41,563 nt of DNA from an uncultured Bacilli bacterium (GTDB lineage: Bacteria; Bacillota_I; Bacilli_A; RF39; UBA660). The notes under the pieces were generated by a model. That model ran no database searches, was not told the origin of the DNA, and was given only the letters and a program-made list of their open reading frames with translations. The stretch lies in contig CALVPA010000077.1 in the NCBI GenBank assembly GCA_944350395.1, positions 1 to 41,563 on the forward strand, read 5' to 3'. The position numbers and the translations under genes are program-made. Positions 8,910 to 17,635 of this stretch are shown in pieces. Position 1 is the stretch's first letter, and every line of letters begins with the position of its first letter.

Positions 8910-10210
8910 AATTTTTTACTATATTTTATTTTGATTTTATCTCTTGCAAATTTATATATAATATTTAATCCCCATGCTATAATTATGAATCTAAGCGGGT
9001 AGAGTGTGATAGCATATCTTCCATAAGCAAATGTATATGAGTACAAAGCGACGTTATAAATATATATCGAAACTATAAATAAAAATTCTGGTAGTTGTCT
9101 TCTGGATATTATAATGATAATTGAAGATGCAATAAATAACAGAAAATCAAATATATGAATATAAACATTTACTCTATCACTTATACCAAACAATTCATCC
9201 CAATAAAAGGAAGAGATAAACATAATAATCGGTTTATAAATTAAATATGATTTAATCATCGATATTTTGTCAGTTTCCCACCAATATTTCATTCGACACT
9301 CCGCTACAATTTTATCGTATAACAAAGAATAATATTTTTTAAATTTATCGTAAGGATAATCTTTGTTCAAATATTTATTAATATCTTCATCTGTCTTTTC
9401 ATTTATGCAATTTGTAATATTTATTTCTTCATCTAGAGGATAGTTCTTACCTTGATATGTCCCCAATAATAACGGGTTTCCTATACCATAAGTGAGCGGT
9501 ATAAACTTATTAAAGGCTGCATAGTTTCTGTATATCCAAGGTGTTAAAAATAATAATACAATTGTTCCTGCAATTACACATTTTTTGATTAAATCTTTAA
9601 AATCATATCTCTTTAATAACAATATGATTATTAGAAAAAAAGGCAATAGTGCTATAGAAGGTCTAATATATAGACAGCATATATAGAATAAAATTATTAG
9701 ATAGTAATCTTGGCTTTTACGTTCTTTTATAAATTTTAGAGAGTGATATATTGTCAACAGAGAAAACATCAAATATGGAGTTTCTGTCAATATCAAATTG
9801 TTCATCCACATAAAATCTGGAGAAAACAGAAAAAGACAAACAATGCTAGATATTATTTTGCTCGCATATAGTCTCGAAATTTTATATAACGTTATAAAAG
9901 ATATAAAAGACATTAATAAGTATAGTATTTTTAACGATATCATAAGATTAGAACCAGTTCCAAACATATGACAGAAAAGAGCTATTATGAATGTTAGTCC
10001 GGGCATAATTTGAGCAGAAATTACACCGTGCATCGTTATTCTAGCATTTTTATAAAACTCAATACCGCTGTTAATATAACTGATGTCATCGCTGTTTATA
10101 TTATAATTAAAACCGAGTTCTCTTAAAACTACTATAGATGTAACAATATATAATAATAAAATTGAACAGAAAAATTTGTTTTCTTTAATTATTGTTTTAA
10201 CTCTATTCAT
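8894..10210 (-). CDS. Polytopic membrane protein, probable GT-C fold glycosyltransferase (ArnT/PMT, GT39-like)
   Basis: 438 aa with about 11 hydrophobic segments. An acidic SDD motif in the first extracytoplasmic loop (NINSDDISY) resembles the GT-C catalytic loop. GGAGA RBS. The assignment rests on architecture only. Confidence 0.45.
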   Translation of the reverse strand: MNRVKTIIKENKFFCSILLLYIVTSIVVLRELGFNYNINSDDISYINSGIEFYKNARITMHGVISAQIMPGLTFIIALFCHMFGTGSNLMISLKILYLLMSFISFITLYKISRLYASKIISSIVCLFLFSPDFMWMNNLILTETPYLMFSLLTIYHSLKFIKERKSQDYYLIILFYICCLYIRPSIALLPFFLIIILLLKRYDFKDLIKKCVIAGTIVLLFLTPWIYRNYAAFNKFIPLTYGIGNPLLLGTYQGKNYPLDEEINITNCINEKTDEDINKYLNKDYPYDKFKKYYSLLYDKIVAECRMKYWWETDKISMIKSYLIYKPIIMFISSFYWDELFGISDRVNVYIHIFDFLLFIASSIIIIISRRQLPEFLFIVSIYIYNVALYSYTFAYGRYAITLYPLRFIIIAWGLNIIYKFARDKIKIKYSKKLKTVS

Positions 10211-10228
10211 TGTTTTCTCCGTTTAAAA

Positions 10229-11068
10229 TCAATTATCATAATTTTTAATTTTTATTAGTTTTGCTTGTACTACAATATTCTCTTTATCGCTATTTGTAGT
10301 CAGCGTTAATATTTTATCTGTTTCATTAATTCCTGTATTAAATTCTATTTCACTTTTTTCTAATATTTTTTGGGTGTATTCATTAAATTTCCCTTCTTCG
10401 AATGTAATCTTTAAATAATTTGAACTTTCAGTTTTATATACACTTACGATTTGCCATAGTGTAGTATAATTATTCGTATAATATTTGATAATGTAATTGT
10501 TTTCGTTAGATTCCCAAGAAGACTTGAACACTGCTTTTAAATTATTTAGTAATAAATTTAAGTGAGAATAATTTCCATATATTATCGTGTTTGCATCTAA
10601 TTTGCTTATATCGTTTCTGTGGTCTAGATAAATCCATCCGTTTCTGTTAGAAGTTTTATCGAATGAATGGTTCATATAATAACCATTATCTTTAGTCTGA
10701 ACTATAGGGTAACTCACATCGGTTCCTTTTACTTCGATCCAACCAATTGCATCTGAATTTATTTTCTTTAAACTGGCCATATCTACTTCGATTAGACTCA
10801 ATTTTATATAATTCCAATACGAATCAAATTTACTTATTTCGTCATCTTGCTCTATAATAGTTGTGTTACCGTCATCTACTATGTTTGTGATTTTTACTTT
10901 TGAATCTATTAAACTGACCATTTCTTTAGTTTTTTTGTAATCATTATAAACATTTATGAGATATATTATTAATAAAATTAAACTTATTAAAAAAGCTAAG
11001 ATAAGTATAAATGAAAATAAGTTTTTCCATTTTACTTTATATACTGTCTTTGTTTTAACTTTGGTCAT
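10229..11068 (-). CDS. Class B sortase (SrtB)-like protein with substituted catalytic residues (probable pseudo-sortase)
   Basis: N-terminal TM anchor followed by SrtB-like blocks: INSDAIGWIEVKGTDVSYPIVQTKDNGYYMNHSF, ANTIIYGN and ILTLTTNSD...NIVVQAKLIK. The protein has no cysteine. The ATG at 11068 is preceded by GGTGA, whereas the tracked TTG at 11080 overlaps that RBS. Confidence 0.7.
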   Translation of the reverse strand: MTKVKTKTVYKVKWKNLFSFILILAFLISLILLIIYLINVYNDYKKTKEMVSLIDSKVKITNIVDDGNTTIIEQDDEISKFDSYWNYIKLSLIEVDMASLKKINSDAIGWIEVKGTDVSYPIVQTKDNGYYMNHSFDKTSNRNGWIYLDHRNDISKLDANTIIYGNYSHLNLLLNNLKAVFKSSWESNENNYIIKYYTNNYTTLWQIVSVYKTESSNYLKITFEEGKFNEYTQKILEKSEIEFNTGINETDKILTLTTNSDKENIVVQAKLIKIKNYDN

Positions 11069-11091
11069 ACTATTCACCAATTTTATTATAC

Positions 11092-11121
11092 AAAAAAAAG
11101 TTCGTACTTACTAGTACAAAC
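11092..11121 (-). terminator. Rho-independent terminator after proS (minus strand)
   Basis: In the minus-strand sense, GTTTGTACT-agta-AGTACGAAC (one G-U pair) is followed by T8. A TATAAT (11090-11085) directly follows, serving the sortase-like gene. Confidence 0.65.
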
Positions 11122-12561
11122 TCAATATTGTTTGCCAAAATATATTTGACAAACAGCATCTTTGCCACATACTGCACAAGGGCCTGTTGGTTCGTGGTCA
11201 TCCTTAGGAATACATCTAGATTTTAAACCTAAATCGTCCTTTATCTTATTTTCACATGCCACATCGCCACACCAGTTTATCTTTATAAAACCTGGTTTTT
11301 CTTTGGCAATTTTCTTCATCTCATCGTAATCTTTTGCGAAATATAACATTGAGTTTCTTCTCTCGAGAGCTCTATTATACATATCGTTTTGAATCGTATC
11401 TAATAGGCTTTCAATTTTTGATATGGCAGATTTAATATCTACTTTAATCTTTTCAAGTGTATCCCTTCTAACTAAAGTGATCTCATCTTTCTCTAAATCT
11501 CTAGGACCGATTTCAATGCGGATAGGGTAACCTTTAACTTCTGCTTCTGCGAATTTATAACCGGGAGTTTTATCGCTATCGTCTATCTTATAAGTAATAC
11601 CTTTTTCTTTTAAAGATTGAACAAGCTCATTTATGACTTTGCTAGTCTTGCTGTTCTCATCGTATTTTCCTATAGGTATTATTGCAACTTTGATAGGAGC
11701 AATTTTAGGAGGTAGGACTAATCCTAAATCGTCACCATGGGTCATTATGATTGCACCGATCATGCGAGTAGATACACCCCAAGATGTCTGATATGGCGTT
11801 TCTAATTTATTGTCTTTATTTAAAAATTGAATGCCGAATGCTTTGGCAAAGTGATTGCCAAAATAGTGGCTTGTACCATTTTGAAGAGCAACTCCGTCAT
11901 ACATCATAGCTTCTAGAGTATAGGTCTTTTCGGCACCTGCAAATTTTTCTTTATCAGTTTTTTCTCCTACGATTACAGGAAGTGCTAGATAATTTCTTTG
12001 AAAATCTTTATATATCTTTAACATTCTTAAAGTTTCCTCTATTGCTTCTTCACTAGTCGCATGCATAGTATGTCCTTCTTGCCATAGAATCTCGCGACTG
12101 CGTAAAAAAGGTCTTGTTGTCTTTTCCCATCTAACTATAGTGCACCACTGGTTATAAAGTTTTGGCAAGTCTCTGTAACTCTTTATGATCTTTTTATAAT
12201 GTTCACAAAATAGAGTTTCACTAGTAGGTCTAACGCATACGCGCTCCTCTAATTCTTCGTCTCCACCATGTGTAACCCATGCAACTTCGGGTGCAAAACC
12301 TTCGACATGTTCTTTTTCTATATTTAAAAGACTCTCTGGGATAAACATCGGCATTTGGACATTTTCATGACCCGTCTTTTTAAATTCATCATCCAAAATC
12401 TTTTGAATATTTTCCCATATCGCATATCCATATGGTCTTATTATCATGCTACCTTTCATATTAGAGTAATCGATTAAATCTGCTTTTTTGACGATACTCG
12501 TATACCACTCAGCAAAATTGTCGTTTCTGCTAATAATACTTTTGTTTTGGACTACTGCCAT
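11122..12561 (-). CDS. proS: Proline--tRNA ligase, archaeal/eukaryote-like type (no insertion editing domain, C-terminal Zn domain)
   Basis: 479 aa with class II motifs. The C-terminal Cys cluster is CGDVACE...CAVCGKDAVC, and the protein ends in ...GKQY, as in the ProRS C-terminal domain type. Confidence 0.92.
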   Translation of the reverse strand: MAVVQNKSIISRNDNFAEWYTSIVKKADLIDYSNMKGSMIIRPYGYAIWENIQKILDDEFKKTGHENVQMPMFIPESLLNIEKEHVEGFAPEVAWVTHGGDEELEERVCVRPTSETLFCEHYKKIIKSYRDLPKLYNQWCTIVRWEKTTRPFLRSREILWQEGHTMHATSEEAIEETLRMLKIYKDFQRNYLALPVIVGEKTDKEKFAGAEKTYTLEAMMYDGVALQNGTSHYFGNHFAKAFGIQFLNKDNKLETPYQTSWGVSTRMIGAIIMTHGDDLGLVLPPKIAPIKVAIIPIGKYDENSKTSKVINELVQSLKEKGITYKIDDSDKTPGYKFAEAEVKGYPIRIEIGPRDLEKDEITLVRRDTLEKIKVDIKSAISKIESLLDTIQNDMYNRALERRNSMLYFAKDYDEMKKIAKEKPGFIKINWCGDVACENKIKDDLGLKSRCIPKDDHEPTGPCAVCGKDAVCQIYFGKQY

Positions 12562-12584
12562 ATATATCCCTCTTTCTATTAAGA

Positions 12585-12636
12585 ATTATAGCAATTTATA
12601 AAATGTTTTGCAACTTAACTCGCTATCTTGTATAAT
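12585..12636. promoter_or_regulatory. Back-to-back divergent promoters of proS and the hydrogenase gene sharing one palindromic -35
   Basis: TTGCAA (12608-12613) is its own reverse complement. On the plus strand, 17 nt separate it from TATAAT (12631-12636). On the minus strand, 17 nt separate it from TATAAT (12590-12585). Confidence 0.55.
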
Positions 12637-12652
12637 TATACTAGGTGGTAAC

Positions 12653-13939
12653 ATGGAAGTAAATCATAAAAGAAGAGTAAATATAGATACAAAAAATCCG
12701 AGTATTCAGAGAATCGAATCGAGATGTATAAATTGTGGAATGTGTTTTAATGTCTGTGAGAATATCGTAGGATTAGACCATACTTATGAAAAAGAAAATT
12801 CTCCGCTTTGTGTAAACTGCGGCCAGTGTATTATGAACTGTCCAGTAGGGGCACTTTGTACCAAATACGATTATAAAAAAGTTTTGAACTTAGTTAAAGA
12901 CGGAAATACTAAAGTTGCTATTTCAGTAGCGCCTGCCGTAAGGGTATCTTTGGGAGAAGAATTTGGAATGGAAGTCGGCACTAATTTAGAAGAAATTTTA
13001 CCATCTATTTTGAGAAAAATAGGTTTTGACTACGTATTTGACGTGACATTTGGAGCCGATGTGACAATCATGGAAGAAGCTAGTGAATTACTATCGCGAT
13101 TAAGAAAGCAAGCGAGTACTCCGATGTTTACTAGTTGCTGTCCTTCATGGGTGAAATATGCTGAGATGTTTCATCCAGAACTTTTAAATAATTTATCCAC
13201 TTGTAAAAGTCCAATCGGAATGCAAAGTTCACTTATTAAAACATATTTTAGAGAGTTAAACGGCATAGAAGAAGATATTATCAGTGTCGTAGTAGCACCA
13301 TGTACTGCAAAAAAGTATGAAATACAAAATTCGGATACCGACTATATAATTACTACAAGTGAACTAGCCATGATGATAAGAGAGTGTGAAATCGAGCTAG
13401 AAACTGTAAAACCAGGAGAATTCGATCCACTACTCGGTCACGGCAGTAAAGCTGGGCTTATGTTTGGAAGAAGTGGAGGAGTAATGGAATCGGCACTAAA
13501 CTGCTTATATTATTTAGTAAATAAAAAAAATCCTCCTAAAGATTATTTCCATTTAAACATCGAAAGTGGAATAACAACTGCTTCTTATAAAATTGGAGGA
13601 AAAATAATAGACGTTGCGGTTATATATGGTTTAAAAAATTTAGAGGAATTTTTACCGGAAGCTGAAAACTACGATTTCATCGAAGTCATGAACTGTCCAG
13701 GTGGGTGCATTGGTGGAGGAGGAGAGCCACTTTTGCCAATTCCAAAACTAAAAGACGCTAGAGAAAAGAGATGTAATACTTTAAATGACAGCAAAAACAG
13801 AGTATTATACTGTTATCAAAATCCTGAAATAAAAGATCTATATGATTCATACCTAAAAAGTCCTTTGAGCGATAAGAGTGAAGAAATACTTCACATGAAA
13901 CATAAAGATTTATCTAATCTCATTAAAAAAACTAAGTAA
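12653..13939 (+). CDS. [FeFe]-hydrogenase catalytic subunit (two N-terminal 4Fe-4S ferredoxin motifs plus H-cluster domain)
   Basis: Ferredoxin motifs CINCGMCFNVC and CVNCGQCIMNCP. H-cluster motifs are TSCCPSW (P1), APCTAKKYE (P2) and EVMNCPGGCIGGGGEP (P3). The ATG at 12653 is preceded by AGGTGG. Confidence 0.85.
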   Translation: MEVNHKRRVNIDTKNPSIQRIESRCINCGMCFNVCENIVGLDHTYEKENSPLCVNCGQCIMNCPVGALCTKYDYKKVLNLVKDGNTKVAISVAPAVRVSLGEEFGMEVGTNLEEILPSILRKIGFDYVFDVTFGADVTIMEEASELLSRLRKQASTPMFTSCCPSWVKYAEMFHPELLNNLSTCKSPIGMQSSLIKTYFRELNGIEEDIISVVVAPCTAKKYEIQNSDTDYIITTSELAMMIRECEIELETVKPGEFDPLLGHGSKAGLMFGRSGGVMESALNCLYYLVNKKNPPKDYFHLNIESGITTASYKIGGKIIDVAVIYGLKNLEEFLPEAENYDFIEVMNCPGGCIGGGGEPLLPIPKLKDAREKRCNTLNDSKNRVLYCYQNPEIKDLYDSYLKSPLSDKSEEILHMKHKDLSNLIKKTK

Positions 13940-14023
13940 AGTCTTGACGAGTTTATGTATAATTTGTTCTAATTCCTTTTTAAATGCCAAAAATTGGTTT
14001 ATAATAATTCTGGTGAAGCGCAA

Positions 14024-14614
14024 ATGGAAGCACTTTTTAATAGTATAGATTTATTTATAAATTCAGTACTTACATCATTAGGCATGTACGGTCCAATACT
14101 TGGTTCAATACTCATATTAGTAGAATCAATAGTGCCTATTTTGCCACTTTCGGTATTCATAACTTTAAACTTTTATTCATTTGGGAACATAATAGGGTTT
14201 CTAATATCCTATATTCTAACAGTGATAGGGTGCAACATGGCGTTTTTGCTTAGCAGAAAAGTATTTAGTAATAGAATGAATAATATACTTAAAAAATATA
14301 GTAAAAATAAAGTATCCAACTGGACTAAAAAATTCGGCAATATAAAGCTCAAATACCTAGTATTATTGATGGCTTTTCCGTTTACACCTGCATTTTTGAT
14401 AAATCTATTATCGGGTACGAGTAATATGAGCCACGAAAAATTTTTGACGGCATCTTTAATTGCTAAACCTTTCATGGTATACTTTTGGGGATATATCGGT
14501 GTTACTTTTATACAAAGTTTTACCCACCCAGAATATTTTATTCGCATAATAATAATGCTATTAGTCGCCTATATGTTAAGCGTAGTAATAAATAAAAAAT
14601 TTGATTTGAAGTGA
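14024..14614 (+). CDS. DedA/TVP38-TMEM64 (SNARE-associated, VTT domain) family membrane protein
   Basis: About 5 TM segments with the layout typical of the family (P-rich re-entrant segment ...AFPFTPAFLINLLSG...). The ATG at 14024 is preceded by GGTGA. Confidence 0.7.
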   Translation: MEALFNSIDLFINSVLTSLGMYGPILGSILILVESIVPILPLSVFITLNFYSFGNIIGFLISYILTVIGCNMAFLLSRKVFSNRMNNILKKYSKNKVSNWTKKFGNIKLKYLVLLMAFPFTPAFLINLLSGTSNMSHEKFLTASLIAKPFMVYFWGYIGVTFIQSFTHPEYFIRIIIMLLVAYMLSVVINKKFDLK

Positions 14615-14626
14615 GGAAGCGGAAGT

Positions 14627-15739
14627 ATGTTAGAATATATAATCATCGGACTATTAGTCATTGTGATAATATTGTTGATTATCGTTTTAACTAAAAAAAA
14701 CGACAATATGGAAATTGTCGATAGAATGAGTTCATTAGAAAAAAATGTGACAAAAGATATAGGAGACTTTAAATTCGAGTTTTCTAAGTTTTTACAGAGC
14801 GATTTCGATAAATTAAACGAAAACATCGAACGCAGGCTAAACTTGATTAACGACCGAGTTAACGAAAGGTTAGAAGTAAACTTTGAAAAAACTAATAAGA
14901 CATTTACAAATGTCTTAGAGAGACTCAGCAAGATTGATGAAGCACAGAAGAAGATAGATGGACTATCTACAGATATCATTAGTCTTCAATCTATCCTTAC
15001 CGATAAAAAGACTAGGGGAATATTTGGGGAGACGAATCTAAATATAATATTGTCAAGTGTGTTTGGCGAGAAAAATGATGCAATTTATAGACTTCAGTAT
15101 TCTCTTCCAAATGGAACTATATCGGATGCTATTTTATTTGCACCAGAACCATTAGGTACGATTGCAATAGATTCTAAGTTTCCACTCGAACATTACGAAC
15201 GCATGACAGACAGAAATCTTTCTAAGACAGAAAGAGAACTTGCTGAAAAGATGTTTAAAGCAGATGTCAAAAAACATATCGATGCCATAAGTTCTAAATA
15301 TATCATAGACGGTGTAACTTCTTCGCAAGCGATAATGTTCTTACCTGCTGAAGCAATTTTTGCTGAAATAAACGCATATCATCCAGAAATACTGAATTAT
15401 GCATATGCAAAAAGGGTTTGGATAACTAGTCCTACAACTCTCATGAGTACACTCACAATTATAAGTATGATTATAAAAAATATGGAAAGAGATAAATATG
15501 CGAAAGTCATCCACAACGAATTAAATAAACTGGGAATCGAATTTGGACGATATAAAGAGAGATGGGATCACTTATCTAAGTCCTTAGAAACTGTCAGCAA
15601 AGATGTACAATCTATTCACACGACTACAGATAAGATTACTAAACGTTTTATAGAGATAAATAATGTCGATATCAAAAGTGAAAACTTAATTGAAAATAAG
15701 GATGAGAGGAACGATGGAAGCGATGAGTCTTCCGATTAA
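14627..15739 (+). CDS. rmuC: DNA recombination protein RmuC
   Basis: N-terminal TM and coiled coil, then the conserved RmuC core (GIFGETNLNIIL..., IAIDSKFPLEHYERM, ...FLPAEAIFAEI). Confidence 0.85.
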   Translation: MLEYIIIGLLVIVIILLIIVLTKKNDNMEIVDRMSSLEKNVTKDIGDFKFEFSKFLQSDFDKLNENIERRLNLINDRVNERLEVNFEKTNKTFTNVLERLSKIDEAQKKIDGLSTDIISLQSILTDKKTRGIFGETNLNIILSSVFGEKNDAIYRLQYSLPNGTISDAILFAPEPLGTIAIDSKFPLEHYERMTDRNLSKTERELAEKMFKADVKKHIDAISSKYIIDGVTSSQAIMFLPAEAIFAEINAYHPEILNYAYAKRVWITSPTTLMSTLTIISMIIKNMERDKYAKVIHNELNKLGIEFGRYKERWDHLSKSLETVSKDVQSIHTTTDKITKRFIEINNVDIKSENLIENKDERNDGSDESSD

Positions 15740-16528
15740 AAAGTATTTATAATTTATAGGAGTATCTTCTAAGATACTCTTTATTTGTGTATGAATACTG
15801 AGCCCTCCAAAAGATATAGCGAGCATCATCCAAGGAAAGATAGAAAGGCTACTATTTTTAATTATCGCTAGGGCATTCGTCATCTCTAATATAGTTTTGA
15901 GAAAGATGCAATTGGGTATAATTAAATCTATAAATCTAATAATAACGGCATATACACATATGATCCCTAAAATTAATATGAGTATATTAAAAGATTTATT
16001 TATGGAGTTTTCTAAACATTTTGAAAAGTTTTGTTTACTAAACAATTTGGGTTTACTGTTACTTATATTAAAAAATCTTTTACTAAATAGAGCGATTAGG
16101 GCATTTGAGATGTAAAGATATCCTAAAAGTTTTAGAGCTATTAGAAAAGTAGGGGCAATACCTATTATAAAAAGAGGATTAGGTGAATATGAAAACAAAA
16201 GTAGCCAGTTAGAGGTTTCTAAGTCTATGTATCCGGAATCGTAAAAATCTCTTATGTATTTCGCATTAGTAGGTGTTCCCATGAACAAACTTATCATAAT
16301 TAAAAATGGATAGTTCTTATGAAATATTTTAAATAAGATATTTCCTAGTCCATAATTTAAAAGTAAATCTGTAATTACATACATTGGAAGCATAAAAGGT
16401 ACTAAACTCTTAAGCCATAAATCCATCGACGATAATACAGCTTCTTTTACTATATCGTTATACTTAAATATCATTATAAATACTGTAAGTAGTAGGAAAA
16501 GTGTTATTCTATTTAAATTTTTTTTCAT
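15686..16528 (-). CDS. YlbJ-like nucleoside-recognition (Gate) domain membrane protein
   Basis: 280 aa with about 8 TM segments. It neighbours a YlbL-type protease, as in the Bacillus ylbJ-ylbL region. Its 3' end overlaps the rmuC 3' end by 54 nt. Confidence 0.45.
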   Translation of the reverse strand: MKKNLNRITLFLLLTVFIMIFKYNDIVKEAVLSSMDLWLKSLVPFMLPMYVITDLLLNYGLGNILFKIFHKNYPFLIMISLFMGTPTNAKYIRDFYDSGYIDLETSNWLLLFSYSPNPLFIIGIAPTFLIALKLLGYLYISNALIALFSKRFFNISNSKPKLFSKQNFSKCLENSINKSFNILILILGIICVYAVIIRFIDLIIPNCIFLKTILEMTNALAIIKNSSLSIFPWMMLAISFGGLSIHTQIKSILEDTPINYKYFLIGRLIASIVPLILIFN

Positions 16529-16579
16529 CAGTTAAATATATGAAAGAATATCAAAAATTTCTCATAAATTACACATTTT

Positions 16580-16588
16580 TGATATAAT
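16580..16588 (+). promoter_or_regulatory. Extended -10 promoter of the ylbL-like gene
   Basis: TGATATAAT (TG-n-TATAAT) at 16580-16588. The predicted TSS is near 16595. Confidence 0.45.
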
Positions 16589-16606
16589 ATTAACATGGTG
16601 AATAAA

Positions 16607-17602
16607 ATGTTAGATAAAATAAAGATGTTTTTTAAAGAAAATTGGAAATTTTTGATATTCTTAGTCATCTTTTATTTCGTGATGACTTATGAATTACCTT
16701 ATGCTATTTATACGCCTGGTGGCTCAGTCAACATGACAGAGAGAGTAAGTGGTGATAATACTTACGAAGAAGAAGGCTCGTTTAGTATGACTTACGTAAG
16801 TATGGTAAGGGGGTCTCTACCTTTTTTAGCACTATCATATATAATACCGAACTGGGATATCGTTCCAACTGAAGATATCACATATGATGGAGACGATTTA
16901 GACGAGACGATCGCTATAGATAAGGTTTATATGCAAGAAGCAATTAGCAATGCAGAGTATGTCGCATATAACAAAGCGGGTATCGATTACAGTGAATCGA
17001 ATGTCCATAACATCGTCACATTTATTTTAGAAGATGCTAAGACTAACTTAAAGAGTGGAGATGAGATACTGAAAGTGGATGGAGAAGAGTACTCATCACT
17101 AAGCGAATTCCAAGAGTATATTATGGATAAAAAAGCGGGTGATGTTATAGAAGTAGAATATTTAAGAGATGGTAAACAATATACCGACGAGATTACCTTG
17201 ATAGATGTAGACGGAACTACGAAAGCCGGAATAGGGATTGTTACTATTTCTGATTATGATACAAAATACAATATAACAGTCGAAACTAAATCTAGCGAAT
17301 CAGGACCTTCAGGAGGATTAATAACCGCCTTAGAAATATATAATCAAATAACAGAGAAAGACATAACTAAGGGTTTAAAAATAATGGGTACTGGTACGAT
17401 TAGTAAAGACGGAACTGTTGGAGAAATAGGTGGAGTAAAATATAAAATATTAGGTGCTATAAAGGAAGGAGCAGATGTCTTTATTTGTCCAGAAGAAAAC
17501 CTAGAGGAAGCATTAGAAGTCATAAACGGAAAAAATTATGACATAAAAGTGATAGGCGCTCATACATTCGAGGAAGCTTTAGAAGAACTTAGTGAATTAT
17601 AA
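16607..17602 (+). CDS. ylbL: YlbL/SepM-family membrane-anchored PDZ + Lon-like (S16) serine protease
   Basis: N-terminal TM, a PDZ region (GDEILKVDGEEY...) and a Lon C-terminal catalytic block with the Ser motif SESGPSGGL and a downstream Lys (GGVKYKILGA). The ATG at 16607 has GGTGA 5 nt upstream. The ATG at 16595 would be essentially leaderless. Confidence 0.85.
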   Translation: MLDKIKMFFKENWKFLIFLVIFYFVMTYELPYAIYTPGGSVNMTERVSGDNTYEEEGSFSMTYVSMVRGSLPFLALSYIIPNWDIVPTEDITYDGDDLDETIAIDKVYMQEAISNAEYVAYNKAGIDYSESNVHNIVTFILEDAKTNLKSGDEILKVDGEEYSSLSEFQEYIMDKKAGDVIEVEYLRDGKQYTDEITLIDVDGTTKAGIGIVTISDYDTKYNITVETKSSESGPSGGLITALEIYNQITEKDITKGLKIMGTGTISKDGTVGEIGGVKYKILGAIKEGADVFICPEENLEEALEVINGKNYDIKVIGAHTFEEALEELSEL

Positions 17603-17603
17603 A

Positions 17604-17631
17604 AATTTGGATTGATTTGCCAAATTTTTTT
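17604..17631 (+). terminator. Rho-independent terminator after the ylbL-like gene
   Basis: AATTTGG(17604-17610)/CCAAATT(17620-17626) followed by TTTTTT. Confidence 0.5.
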
Positions 17632-17635
17632 ATAC

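Noticed and set aside
12562-12652. A T-box leader upstream of proS.
   Set aside because: Only about 90 nt separate proS from the divergent gene, and promoter elements occupy most of it. That is too short for a T-box, and no T-box motif is visible.
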